Below are positions 27,510 through 37,433 of a stretch of 64,000 nt of DNA, in pieces. How positions within the stretch are numbered: the first letter of the stretch is position 1; every line of letters begins with the position of its first letter. Position numbers and translations under genes: made by a program. The notes beneath the pieces were generated by a model, which saw only the letters and a program-made list of their open reading frames with translations, was not told where the DNA came from and did not search any database. Location of the stretch: the IMG/VR virus record IMGVR_UViG_3300044640_001495, positions 124,001-188,000 of that record. One strand, 5' to 3'.

Positions 27510-28324
27510 GCAGAGCTTTATTCATAGGTGATAGTCAAACTTGTGGCTACTGGAGTCACCCGACTAAAGTAGGGCCGGGTAGTTATTCTTATTGGAACGA
27601 CAACAACTATGCAGAAATCTACGGAGAAGATAATAACAAACCCGTAGCTATATATGCAATGGCAGGTGTTTGTAATCGAGTCTACACTGATTGGCTAGCT
27701 AACATGTTTAAAAAATATGATGATATAGACGAAGTGTTTATATGTCTAGCACCATTCAATAGATTTAGACTGGCTTTTGACGGTGAGTTGTCTGACGAAA
27801 TTATACCCATTGACTACTTTACCGAAAAGATGAGTGCGTCCGATGGTGTCGTTGATAGGTATTGTGATCAAACTATACAAAATGAAAAAATACAACTATT
27901 TCAGAAATCACGCGATAAAGACTACAGTAATTTTCCCGGGCTAGATATTGACATGGGCAAAGGACTGGCATCACCAAATCTTCGTAAAAACACCTATATG
28001 GAAGTTAAGTTATTTTTTGAACTTAATACATTTTTAGAAAAACGTGATTTTTTACTAGATGTCTATGTATGGGATCGCATGTGTGCGGAACATGGTGCCA
28101 AACTTTATCTTTTTAATTTTACAGAACGATTAAAATTTCCTAGTAATTTTGAATATTATGGAAAATTAAACAATACTGTGATTGCTACTAAAACCGTTGA
28201 AGCCTATCTCGCTGACAAACTAATAGACCATACAAAATTCTATCTAGAAGACAACGAACATTATAATCGTGAATATCACAAGTATATCTCGGATAAATAT
28301 CTGCCCTGGTTAAAGACACAATGA
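27506..28324 (+). CDS. SGNH/GDSL-like protein
   Basis: FIGDSQ N-terminal motif and C-terminal DNEH. Confidence 0.6.
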   Translation: MSRALFIGDSQTCGYWSHPTKVGPGSYSYWNDNNYAEIYGEDNNKPVAIYAMAGVCNRVYTDWLANMFKKYDDIDEVFICLAPFNRFRLAFDGELSDEIIPIDYFTEKMSASDGVVDRYCDQTIQNEKIQLFQKSRDKDYSNFPGLDIDMGKGLASPNLRKNTYMEVKLFFELNTFLEKRDFLLDVYVWDRMCAEHGAKLYLFNFTERLKFPSNFEYYGKLNNTVIATKTVEAYLADKLIDHTKFYLEDNEHYNREYHKYISDKYLPWLKTQ

Positions 28325-28896
28325 AAATATTGATTGCGGGAGACAGTTTTGCTACTGTATGGCCGAATGCCGAGTTGGGTTGGCCTACACTGCTCGCTGC
28401 AAAATACAATGTGGTTAATCTAGCACAGGCGGGCATAGGAGAATACAAGATTCTAAAACAAATCGAATCTCAGCATGTTGCAAGTTTTGACATGGTGATT
28501 GTGAGTCATACCAGTCCCAGTCGACTGCATACCCCGCAACATCCCATACATAAACAAGGGCTGCATAAAGATTGTGATTTGATTTTAAATGATCTGCTCG
28601 ATAGGTCTTCATTTAGAAATCCCAGTCTTAAGGCCGCACAAGAATATTTCAAATATCATTATGATGATCAATATCAAATAGACATTTATAATTTAATTAG
28701 AAAACAGATCAAACTGTTGATCACTGTGCCATATATCAGCATGAGTCATATTGATATTGTTAATCAACTTGCAGTAGAAAACAATCATATTGATTTTAGT
28801 GGCCTTTGGTCTAAGGAGCGAGGAAATATAAATCATTATACCATTGAAGGCAATTCTAAAATATTTGAAACATTAAAGGACATCATCAGTGCATGA
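28321..28896 (+). CDS. SGNH/GDSL-like protein
   Basis: IAGDSF, NLAQAG, NHY motifs. Confidence 0.65.
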   Translation: MKILIAGDSFATVWPNAELGWPTLLAAKYNVVNLAQAGIGEYKILKQIESQHVASFDMVIVSHTSPSRLHTPQHPIHKQGLHKDCDLILNDLLDRSSFRNPSLKAAQEYFKYHYDDQYQIDIYNLIRKQIKLLITVPYISMSHIDIVNQLAVENNHIDFSGLWSKERGNINHYTIEGNSKIFETLKDIISA

Positions 28897-29086
28897 AATT
28901 CTGGTTCCGTGGAATAAAGAACAAACTGGGTTTTGGTGGAATGAAACTTGTGCTATGGTATTGGAACACTTTGGCCTGCCAGGCGATCGATATACCAGTC
29001 ATCCAGAGACCGATCAGATGACATTTAAATTTCATAACGAACACGATGCTATGATGTGCAAAATATTGTTAAGCGACAGAATATGA
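28889..29086 (+). CDS. hypothetical protein
   Basis: 65-aa coupled ORF. Confidence 0.7.
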   Translation: MHEILVPWNKEQTGFWWNETCAMVLEHFGLPGDRYTSHPETDQMTFKFHNEHDAMMCKILLSDRI

Positions 29087-29280
29087 TCAAATACATTGTT
29101 GGATTTATTGTTGCTTGCGTCCTTTGGATAATTGTACTTTCTCGAGTAGAGCTTCCCGAATATCGAGTGTACGATTGTAGTATGGCTGAATGGCATCCTG
29201 ATATTCCCATCGATGTAAAAGAAGAATGTCGTAAGCGTAGATATCAAGATTGGAAACATAAAAACGACAATGCCATTTAA
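29083..29280 (+). CDS. small membrane-anchored protein
   Basis: N-terminal TM then YDC..EWHP...C. Confidence 0.7.
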   Translation: MIKYIVGFIVACVLWIIVLSRVELPEYRVYDCSMAEWHPDIPIDVKEECRKRRYQDWKHKNDNAI

Positions 29281-29287
29281 TTAGGAG

Positions 29288-29476
29288 TTGAAATTGAAAA
29301 ATTGGACAGTTACCGTTGAAGAAGATCTCGACACAGGTGATCTTGTTTTGCCGTTACCTCAAGATATGCTCAATCTACAAGGTTGGGTAGAAGGCGACAC
29401 ATTAGAATGGATAGATCAAAAAGATGGTAGTTGGCAACTCAAAAAGGTTGACACAACTAGTGAAAAGAGTGTATAA
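29288..29476 (+). CDS. AbrB/MazE-like swapped-hairpin protein
   Basis: GDLVLPLPQ...GW.EGDTLEW; TTG start with AGGAG SD. Confidence 0.6.
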   Translation: MKLKNWTVTVEEDLDTGDLVLPLPQDMLNLQGWVEGDTLEWIDQKDGSWQLKKVDTTSEKSV

Positions 29477-29477
29477 T
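29448..29477 (+). promoter_or_regulatory. sigma70-type promoter for queE
   Basis: TTGACA-N18-TATAAT; ATG 5 nt after -10. Confidence 0.8.
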
Positions 29478-29482
29478 ATACT

Positions 29483-30346
29483 ATGAGCAAAATTAAAATC
29501 GCAGAGCTGTTTTACAGCATACAAGGTGAAGGTAGATACATGGGTGTGCCTAGTGTATTCTTACGCACATTCGGGTGTAACTTTAAATGTGCCGGCTTCG
29601 GTATGCCTCGTGGGGAAGTAAGTCACGAAGCTACTGACATTGCGGCTACACATAAAATGATTACGCCTTTTACAAAGTATGAAGATTTACCATTAGTTAG
29701 TACTGGATGTGACAGCTACGCTAGTTGGCATCCTGACTTTAAAGAGTTGTCGCCTATGCTTACTAGCGAAGCAATCGTAGAACGAATTATGGAAATTATT
29801 CCGTTTGAAGAATGGCGTGATGAACATCTGGTTATCACAGGTGGCGAACCTTTGCTAGGTTGGCAACGTGCTTATCCTGATTTGTTGAATCATCCAAAGA
29901 TGGGCAAGTTAAAAGAAATTACTTTTGAAACAAATGGTACTCAGAAACTAACTCCAGAGTTTAAACAGTATCTAAAACAATGGGCACAGAATCCGCCATT
30001 TGCCTCTAGAGAAATTACATTCTCAGTAAGTGCTAAACTTCCTTGCAGTGGCGAAAAGTGGGAAGAAGCTATCCTTCCAGAAGTCGTTTGCGAGTACGAA
30101 GAAGTTGGTACAGCATATTTGAAGTTTGTTATTGCTACAGAACAAGACTTTGCTGATGCCGAGTGTGCGATTGCCGCATATCGTAAAGTAGGCTTTACAG
30201 GTCATGTATATCTAATGCCGGTAGGCGGCGTGGAAAGTGTCTACGCATTAAACAATAAGAATGTAGCATTGCTAGCAATGAAAAACGGACTACGTTATAG
30301 TGACCGTTTACAAGTGCCGCTGTTTAAAAATGAGTGGGGTACCTAA
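29483..30346 (+). CDS. queE: 7-carboxy-7-deazaguanine synthase (radical SAM)
   Basis: ELFYSIQGEG..G.PSVFLRTFGC, CDS, VITGGEP, ETNG, LMP, RLQV. Confidence 0.9.
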   Translation: MSKIKIAELFYSIQGEGRYMGVPSVFLRTFGCNFKCAGFGMPRGEVSHEATDIAATHKMITPFTKYEDLPLVSTGCDSYASWHPDFKELSPMLTSEAIVERIMEIIPFEEWRDEHLVITGGEPLLGWQRAYPDLLNHPKMGKLKEITFETNGTQKLTPEFKQYLKQWAQNPPFASREITFSVSAKLPCSGEKWEEAILPEVVCEYEEVGTAYLKFVIATEQDFADAECAIAAYRKVGFTGHVYLMPVGGVESVYALNNKNVALLAMKNGLRYSDRLQVPLFKNEWGT

Positions 30347-30786
30347 TGAAGAAGTTTATAGAAAAACTGTTTGGCATTGACAAGATCAAGGCCGAAACTG
30401 CGGCAGCAGTACAACTGGCCGAGGCCTCAACAAAAATTGCCAAAGATGCAGTCGAGGCTGCGGAACGTGCTGTAGAAGCAGAAGAAACTGCTAAACTAAG
30501 TCCAAAAGATCGTGCTACCAAACTAAAGGAACCTTGGGTAGGTGTACTTAACACTCACGTTAATAAAGATAATATCCGCAATGGCTTTTTTGAGCTTGAC
30601 TGGAACGAGCAGTTTGTGTTAAAATTAAAGCAAGAAGGATATGGTTTCGACGGCGATAAAGACGAAGAGATTGTAGATCGTTGGTTCCGTGAACTATGTG
30701 CTAATGTAGTAGTTGACGGAGATTTTGGCGGCGCTGTAAACACTGGCGTTATTGATATTAATGAAGTTCGAAAGAAGAATCTATGA
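30346..30786 (+). CDS. hypothetical protein
   Basis: ATG 30346 (TAATG coupling). Confidence 0.8.
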   Translation: MKKFIEKLFGIDKIKAETAAAVQLAEASTKIAKDAVEAAERAVEAEETAKLSPKDRATKLKEPWVGVLNTHVNKDNIRNGFFELDWNEQFVLKLKQEGYGFDGDKDEEIVDRWFRELCANVVVDGDFGGAVNTGVIDINEVRKKNL

Positions 30787-31769
30787 CATATATTTTAGTT
30801 GATACTGCAAACACCTTTTTTCGTGCAAGACACGTTATCAACGGTGACGCTGATATCAAACTAGGCATGGCATTTCATATCACACTTAACAGTATTAAGA
30901 AAGCATGGCAAGACTTTGATGGGAAACATGTGGTATTCTTCTTAGAGGGGCGCAGCTGGCGTAAAGATTTTTACAAACCCTACAAGGCACAACGCACTGC
31001 GGCTCGGGCGGCACATACAGAGCGAGAAGCAGAAGAAGAACGTGTATTTTGGGAAGCCTTTGACACATTTAAAGATTTTGTTACAGAAAAAACTAACTGC
31101 ACAGTACTACAACATCCACGCCTAGAAGCTGATGATTTAATTGCAGGTTGGATACAAAGTCATCCTAGCGATAATCATGTGATCATTTCAACAGATACAG
31201 ATTTCGTACAACTAATTTCACCTAATGTAAAACAATATAATGGCGTCACAGAAACCACAATCACGCACGAAGGCTACTTTGATAAAAAAAATAAGCCCAT
31301 CATTGATAAAAAAACTCAAGAAGTCAAAGCGGCTCCGGATCCACAATGGCTACTTTTTGAAAAGTGCATGCGAGGCGATACCTCAGACAATGTATTCTCT
31401 GCATATCCGGGAGTACGTGAAAAAGGCACAAAGAATAAGGTTGGTCTCCGTGAAGCCTACGGTGATAGAGACTCAAAAGGCTATGCGTGGAACAATCTCA
31501 TGCTTCAACGCTGGTCCGACCACAACGGTCAAGAACATCGTGTGCTAGATGACTACGAACGCAATCGTCAATTGATTGATCTGGCTGCACAACCAGCCGA
31601 GATTAAACAAATTATGGTTGACACAATTACAACAGCAACGCAGGCAAATAAAAACGTCAGCCAAGTTGGTATTAGATTAATGAAATTTTGCAATCTGTAT
31701 GATCTTAAAAAGATTGCCGATCAGGCACAAGCCTATGCTGAGCCACTGAATGCGAGATATATACTATGA
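30783..31769 (+). CDS. rnh: T4 RNase H-like 5'-3' exonuclease
   Basis: LVDTAN..FR, EADDLIA, STDTDF.QL, GDTSDNV. Confidence 0.9.
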   Translation: MTYILVDTANTFFRARHVINGDADIKLGMAFHITLNSIKKAWQDFDGKHVVFFLEGRSWRKDFYKPYKAQRTAARAAHTEREAEEERVFWEAFDTFKDFVTEKTNCTVLQHPRLEADDLIAGWIQSHPSDNHVIISTDTDFVQLISPNVKQYNGVTETTITHEGYFDKKNKPIIDKKTQEVKAAPDPQWLLFEKCMRGDTSDNVFSAYPGVREKGTKNKVGLREAYGDRDSKGYAWNNLMLQRWSDHNGQEHRVLDDYERNRQLIDLAAQPAEIKQIMVDTITTATQANKNVSQVGIRLMKFCNLYDLKKIADQAQAYAEPLNARYIL

Positions 31770-32242
31770 CAGATTTACACGCAAAACCAATCATTGAAAA
31801 TAAATTCTGGATTGTTGAACGAGATGGTACAAAATTTGCCACTTTAAGAAAGAACGAAGACAATCGTTTTGTTCTTAGCAACGAATTAGGAATTAAAATC
31901 TATGACACCAAAGAAAGTCTAACTCGTCAATTTGGTAAAGATTTCTTTGTTGCAAAAATTATTAAAGAAGCAGACAATGCACTGCCAAACGAAATTCATG
32001 GATACTCAACAAGTACTGAACCGCACAATGCAATGTTTGATATCAAACGTAAATTACCTTTGTTTACAAAAAGCATTGATTCAAAAAGTTTGTATTGTGC
32101 AGGTTACTATGTAATTAAATTTGACAAAGGATGGGTTAAATCATTTTGCCCTAAGTTAATTACCCTGCAAAGATATACCTATCAAGGTCCCTTTAAAACT
32201 GAACTAGAAATGCGGCAGGTTCTGGCAAATGTCTCAAAGTAA
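31766..32242 (+). CDS. hypothetical protein
   Basis: 158-aa coupled ORF. Confidence 0.8.
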   Translation: MTDLHAKPIIENKFWIVERDGTKFATLRKNEDNRFVLSNELGIKIYDTKESLTRQFGKDFFVAKIIKEADNALPNEIHGYSTSTEPHNAMFDIKRKLPLFTKSIDSKSLYCAGYYVIKFDKGWVKSFCPKLITLQRYTYQGPFKTELEMRQVLANVSK

Positions 32243-32483
32243 TTTACCTACAAATTTACCTAGTGTTGAAAGATTGCTGGCCAGAGTAGCTGCCGCTGAA
32301 CGTAGTCAACAAAAAGACATTAGAATATCAATACAAGAAGCCAAAGACTTAACCGCTGAATTAGCGGTATTAACATCTAAGTTAGGTCGTACAGTTCAAG
32401 AAATACATGCTATGCTAGCGGAAATACGTGAATCGACCACTAAAATTGACGTTAAGTTCGATGGAGGCGGGTTCGGTTCTTGA
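32229..32483 (+). CDS. hypothetical coiled-coil protein
   Basis: 84-aa ORF. Confidence 0.75.
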   Translation: MSQSNLPTNLPSVERLLARVAAAERSQQKDIRISIQEAKDLTAELAVLTSKLGRTVQEIHAMLAEIRESTTKIDVKFDGGGFGS

Positions 32484-32517
32484 TAAATATATACGTGGTT
32501 AATTAGGAAACACGTAT
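32482..32517 (+). promoter_or_regulatory. late promoter motif overlapping an RBS-enclosing hairpin
   Basis: GATAAATA 32482-89; stem ATACGTG/CACGTAT (32491-97/32511-17) around AGGA. Confidence 0.5.
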
Positions 32518-32519
32518 TA

Positions 32520-32804
32520 ATGAGTAGACCAAAACCCAAAGTTATATTAGAACATGCTAATAAGGACACTTTTAAGATTGAACAAATTCTTGAGAGCGAT
32601 GCCATCTGGGCTGTGTTTTATAAAGGCGAGCCATTCAATCTAAAGAGTGGTAGTCTAGTGGCTAGCTATCCCGGTCCTAAATACAAAAAAGTTTCATTTA
32701 GCAATCCTGGCCATGCACACAACCTTGCAAAAAAACTTAATCGACTTTTCAAGACTCAAGACTTTGCAGTTTATAAACTCAGTCAAGGTGAAAAGATAGA
32801 GTAA
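32520..32804 (+). CDS. hypothetical protein
   Basis: 94-aa ORF. Confidence 0.8.
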   Translation: MSRPKPKVILEHANKDTFKIEQILESDAIWAVFYKGEPFNLKSGSLVASYPGPKYKKVSFSNPGHAHNLAKKLNRLFKTQDFAVYKLSQGEKIE

Positions 32805-32807
32805 GAT

Positions 32808-33206
32808 ATGGACCGTAAGGATACCTATACTTCGGTATTCCTCAAAGCTGCGGGACAACCGCATGATGCTGAATACGTCAAAAAATTTCGTGCCGTTTGG
32901 TGGTTAAGTACTCGAGGCAAAGACGTAGGTGGATTACGAATGACCGATCAATGCCTAGAGTTTGTAGAAACCAAATCAGAAATTAAAACTTATAAAATAG
33001 AACTTCCAAAAGATCTAACAATAGGACCGCAAGTTTTAGTTTGGATGGATCAATATCTAGATTCGCCCTTCCATTTACAAAAACGATATATTAAAGTCTT
33101 ATCAGAAAAAGCAGCCTTTGAACTGTATCTATTTGCTGGCGATGTTAGAAAAATGGGTGCTGCTAAGGCGTTGAATAAAAGGCTAAGCCAAGAATCATCT
33201 CAATAA
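32808..33206 (+). CDS. hypothetical protein
   Basis: 132-aa ORF. Confidence 0.8.
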   Translation: MDRKDTYTSVFLKAAGQPHDAEYVKKFRAVWWLSTRGKDVGGLRMTDQCLEFVETKSEIKTYKIELPKDLTIGPQVLVWMDQYLDSPFHLQKRYIKVLSEKAAFELYLFAGDVRKMGAAKALNKRLSQESSQ

Positions 33207-33230
33207 ATTATCTTTGAATTAAATATCACT

Positions 33231-33506
33231 ATGTTAAAACTAAACGCTCTTGACATCTTAAATCATAGACAGGTTGATTCAGTAGCTCCACATTTTGCTA
33301 AAATAAAACTGGCTGATGTAGACCTATTTGGGTCAGATGTTGAAACTTGGATCAGATCCAAATTGGTAGGAAGATTCTACATAAAAAGACAGCCTGGCAT
33401 TTCACAAGATGGAAAACTTAAGACTGCCACATATGTAGGATTTGAAGATCACAAAGAGCTGACTTATTTTATGCTAGCATGTCCACATATAAGGAGAAAC
33501 ACATGA
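33231..33506 (+). CDS. hypothetical protein
   Basis: 91 aa; TTAAATA 5 nt upstream. Confidence 0.75.
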   Translation: MLKLNALDILNHRQVDSVAPHFAKIKLADVDLFGSDVETWIRSKLVGRFYIKRQPGISQDGKLKTATYVGFEDHKELTYFMLACPHIRRNT

Positions 33507-33721
33507 CCGAAGAAGTTAAAGCACCAGAAGCAGCAGCCGCTGCCCCAGAGACACAACCAGCAGCACCCGATTTGAATATCAACGACTTGTCCGCACTGAG
33601 AAGCATATTAGATGTGGCTAGTCAACGAGGAGCGTTCAAAGCAGCCGAACTAGAAGCAGTTGGTAAGATTTATAACAAACTTAACTCATTCTTGGAAGCT
33701 GTTACTAAAAAGGAACAGTGA
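33503..33721 (+). CDS. hypothetical protein
   Basis: ATG 33503 with AAGGAG SD. Confidence 0.8.
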   Translation: MTEEVKAPEAAAAAPETQPAAPDLNINDLSALRSILDVASQRGAFKAAELEAVGKIYNKLNSFLEAVTKKEQ

Positions 33722-34362
33722 TGAAATCATTAAAACATGTAGGAAAAATGAAAAAAGCAGGCTCTAAGGTTCTAGTGGCTTTTAGAACATTACCCGGCGA
33801 ATCCAATCAAGCATTAGTTATTCCAGTATCCAGTCTGTCAGACAACTATCATGACGATATCATGAAGTTGGTTGAGACCACCGAAGCACAATCTGCTTTT
33901 GAATTTGGTGAAGTATTATTTACAAGATCATTTTCCGACGGCCGTCCAATGTTACAAGCTCTGAGAGCTGATAACAGAATGGTTAAGGTTCCTACAGACG
34001 ATGTGTTGATGATGCCATCGCCTGGCAGCGAAATTGCTCTGCACCAGCTTAATACACTTATTGCTGAACAAAAAAACTGTGCAGTGGATGACTTATGTAC
34101 ATTTGTTTCCGGTTCTAAGAAAGACACTCCGGAAGTTCAAGAACTTGTAACGGTTAAAGACCTTGCTCCTCCGTCAACACCTGCAGTGGCACCTCTCAAG
34201 GCAGCCGCTAATGAAGTTTTATCTGATAAAGATATTGCTAAAAGTTATCGCAGTCAAGCTGATTCGATGTACAAAGAAGCTGCCCGTCTACGTAAAGAAG
34301 CAGATGACTTAGATCCGCCGGTAAAGAAAGCGGCAAAGGCCAAAGAAGCCGAAAGTGCCTAA
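33718..34362 (+). CDS. hypothetical protein
   Basis: 214-aa coupled ORF. Confidence 0.85.
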   Translation: MMKSLKHVGKMKKAGSKVLVAFRTLPGESNQALVIPVSSLSDNYHDDIMKLVETTEAQSAFEFGEVLFTRSFSDGRPMLQALRADNRMVKVPTDDVLMMPSPGSEIALHQLNTLIAEQKNCAVDDLCTFVSGSKKDTPEVQELVTVKDLAPPSTPAVAPLKAAANEVLSDKDIAKSYRSQADSMYKEAARLRKEADDLDPPVKKAAKAKEAESA

Positions 34363-34663
34363 ACCGTTATTTAAACCGCCAAAGCATCTTGTTCAGGAAT
34401 GGCCAGAAGTCTTTGAAGATCTTTATATGAATACCATGCCGGTTCACTACCTAGAATCAATTAGGTTGGAATTCGGTAATGGTAGGATATGGGAAATTAA
34501 TATTGCTGAACAGCTGTCTAGCAGTCACAGTGATATAATTGCCAATAGATTGGTAGAAACATTTGCTGAATACAAAGAAGATATTAAAAAAATTGATTTT
34601 AAAATTGATGTTGAAAAATTAAAAAAAGATATACAAAATCAATCTAATGACTTTTTTAAATAA
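34355..34663 (+). CDS. hypothetical protein
   Basis: 102 aa, GTG start. Confidence 0.75.
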   Translation: MPKPLFKPPKHLVQEWPEVFEDLYMNTMPVHYLESIRLEFGNGRIWEINIAEQLSSSHSDIIANRLVETFAEYKEDIKKIDFKIDVEKLKKDIQNQSNDFFK

Positions 34664-34785
34664 AACGGTTGAAACAAAAAGAATACTTTTTTAGGAATTT
34701 CGAATCACCTAAAAAAATTAATTGATGATATTAGTCTCACTCAATTTACGTGACCAAGTTATAATAAGATGAAAACAATTATCAT

Positions 34786-36120
34786 ATGAGTGAACACGAA
34801 AAATTTCAAAAAGTTATTCCAATCCTAAATGCTGTTAGTCCTAGTTTTTGTTTAGCCAAATGGTATCAACTAACATTATATCTCCAAAACGGTTTTAACC
34901 ATAGTTGCCACCATCCATCACCTCATAAGATTCCATTAGACGAGTTAGAGCAAAATCACAAGGCTCTACATAATACTAATTTTAAAAAAGAACAAATGCA
35001 AAAAATGCTCGATGGCGTTAGACCCGCCGAGTGTGACTATTGTTGGACCGCTGAAGATAACGGGCATGTAAGTGATAGAAGTTATAAAAGTGCAACATCT
35101 TGGGCCTATCCTCACATTGGCGAAGTTGTTAAAAATAAAACAGCTGATGTTGAACCTACATACGTTGAAATTAGTTTTAGCAATGTGTGTAATTTTAAAT
35201 GCGCTTATTGTAGTCCAGATCTTAGTAGTCAATGGTATGAAGAAATAGACAAGCACGGTGGGTATCCTACTAGTCAAAACTTTAATGGGTTTGATTGGTT
35301 TAAACAAGTTGGAAAGATGCCTATCAAGCATAGCGATCACAATCCTTATGTCGATGCGTTTTGGAAATGGTGGCCGGAACTTTATCCTAAATTAAACACG
35401 CTAAGACTAACAGGCGGGGAACCACTGTTGAGCAAAGATGTCTGGCGTATGTTAGATGCTATAGAAGCTGATCCCAAACCAGAGTTTTGCTTTGCTATTA
35501 ACACTAACTTAGGAATCCCAGACGAGTTAATTAATCGTATGATTATAAAGCTCAATAGTATTTCTAGTAAAATTAAAGAAGTACAAATCTTTACCAGCGG
35601 AGAAGCAGTTGGCGCTCCTGCTGAATATATTAGATATGGATTAGATTATTCAGCATGGACTAAAAACTTAGAAAAAGTTTTAAATAATACCAATAACATT
35701 GTTGCTGTAATGACTACTGTTAATTTAACTAGCATTACAACCTATTGTAGTTTTATACGATACTTGTTAGACTTGCGTAAGCATTATAATAAGAATGCCA
35801 CATTTAATAAAGTTCAGTTTATGACTAACTTTTTACGGTATCCAGAATTTCTGTCATTACCTATTTTAGACTCTGCTAGCAAACAAAGATTTACAAAAGA
35901 AGTAGCAAAATTAATTTTAGAAAGACCTGACTTATCAGAAAGTGAAATAGATCAGTTGCGTCGTATGATTGACTATATGAACAGCACTGATATCAAGGAA
36001 TTACAATTAAGAAAAGACTTTGCATCTTTTATCACTGAATATGATATTAGACGGGGAACCAACTTTAATAAAACATTCCCTGAACTTACAGAATTTTATC
36101 AACTATGTCAACAAATGTAA
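34786..36120 (+). CDS. radical SAM protein with N-terminal twitch/SPASM-like Cys cluster
   Basis: FCLAKW...SCHH, CDYC; CNFKCAYC; TGGEP. Confidence 0.9.
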   Translation: MSEHEKFQKVIPILNAVSPSFCLAKWYQLTLYLQNGFNHSCHHPSPHKIPLDELEQNHKALHNTNFKKEQMQKMLDGVRPAECDYCWTAEDNGHVSDRSYKSATSWAYPHIGEVVKNKTADVEPTYVEISFSNVCNFKCAYCSPDLSSQWYEEIDKHGGYPTSQNFNGFDWFKQVGKMPIKHSDHNPYVDAFWKWWPELYPKLNTLRLTGGEPLLSKDVWRMLDAIEADPKPEFCFAINTNLGIPDELINRMIIKLNSISSKIKEVQIFTSGEAVGAPAEYIRYGLDYSAWTKNLEKVLNNTNNIVAVMTTVNLTSITTYCSFIRYLLDLRKHYNKNATFNKVQFMTNFLRYPEFLSLPILDSASKQRFTKEVAKLILERPDLSESEIDQLRRMIDYMNSTDIKELQLRKDFASFITEYDIRRGTNFNKTFPELTEFYQLCQQM

Positions 36121-37433
36121 AACGCACAATAGAAATTATTAACGAAATAAGTCCTAGCTTTTGTGCCGCAAAGTGGTACAATGCTACTATATGGTTAGGC
36201 AACGGACGAACAGCCAGCTGTCATTTGCCACCTGCTCATACTATACCCATAGCTGAAATCAAACGAAACCCGTCTGCTCTACACAATACCGTCTTTAAGA
36301 AGGACCGCCGATTAGAAATGCTAATAGGTGAGCGATGTGACGAGTGCGCTTATTGCTGGACTGTTGAGGATAATGCAGCACCTGATGTATATAGTGATCG
36401 AGTTTATAAGACTAGGATTTATGAAGAAGAAGAAATACTTCAGCTGGCTAAATTAGATCCTGGATCAGATGTTGACCCAAAAACTTTAGAGATCAGTTTT
36501 GATAATTTATGTAATTTAAGTTGTAGTTATTGTAATGCAGAGTTCAGTACTACTTGGGCTAGTGATATTAAGGTTAATGGTCCGTACATTGAATTAAAAA
36601 CATCAGGTGGTGGTGCGTTTCAAAATGCCGGGGAACATGCGTTACCTTACGGGATTAAAAATGAAAACAATCCCTACATCGAAGCGTTCTTTACATGGTT
36701 TCATGCTAGCCTTAAAAATAATTTACAAGAACTAAGAATCACCGGGGGTGAGCCTACTCGTAGTCCATCATTTTGGAAATTGTTAGACGAATGCGAAGGT
36801 ACAAATTTTGATTTTGCTGTTAACAGTAATCTTATAATGGATCAAGTAAAGTTAAATCAACTTATTAGTGCTAGTAAAAAGTTTAAGAAATTTGATCTAT
36901 ATACCAGCGGTGAAGGCTACGGGGCCCACGGAGAGTTTATTCGTCATGGGTTAGACTATACATTATGGCGTAACAACTTAATACAATTTGCCAAAGAAGG
37001 TCAATATAATATGATACATGTTATGATGACTATTAGTGCTCTAAGCATTTGGACCGTAACAGAGTTTATGACAGATATGTTAGAGCTACGTAAACAATTT
37101 GGTGGCCATCAGTTCCATATGAGTCTTAATTTAGTACGCTTTCCTAGTTTTCAAAACTTAAACGTATTACCTGAACACTTAAAACAAACACAAGCGGCCA
37201 AGATTGAAACTTGGCTAAGTAGTGTTGTTGGGCTAAGTCCTGCCGAAGCTAATCAAATAGAGAGAATAGCTGTGTATCTTCGAAACGTTGATCGTAGTCA
37301 AGAAGATACCGACAGCCAAAACAATAAGGTGCATGATTTAAAAAGTTTTACACAACAATATGCTGATAGAAAAAATATCACATTAGCTAGGGTATTCCCA
37401 ACAGAATTTATAGAATGGTTTAACACAATATGA
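36105..37433 (+). CDS. radical SAM protein with N-terminal twitch/SPASM-like Cys cluster
   Basis: FCAAKW...SCH, CAYC; CNLSCSYC; TGGEP; paralog of 34786. Confidence 0.9.
   Translation: MSTNVKRTIEIINEISPSFCAAKWYNATIWLGNGRTASCHLPPAHTIPIAEIKRNPSALHNTVFKKDRRLEMLIGERCDECAYCWTVEDNAAPDVYSDRVYKTRIYEEEEILQLAKLDPGSDVDPKTLEISFDNLCNLSCSYCNAEFSTTWASDIKVNGPYIELKTSGGGAFQNAGEHALPYGIKNENNPYIEAFFTWFHASLKNNLQELRITGGEPTRSPSFWKLLDECEGTNFDFAVNSNLIMDQVKLNQLISASKKFKKFDLYTSGEGYGAHGEFIRHGLDYTLWRNNLIQFAKEGQYNMIHVMMTISALSIWTVTEFMTDMLELRKQFGGHQFHMSLNLVRFPSFQNLNVLPEHLKQTQAAKIETWLSSVVGLSPAEANQIERIAVYLRNVDRSQEDTDSQNNKVHDLKSFTQQYADRKNITLARVFPTEFIEWFNTI

Noticed and set aside
29288-29476. Toxin-antitoxin system around the AbrB/MazE-like gene
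   Set aside because: No adjacent toxin-like ORF
34355-34789. RiPP precursor peptide for the radical SAM array
   Set aside because: No short ORF with a leader/core pattern; MKTIII is too short and the 102-aa ORF looks globular
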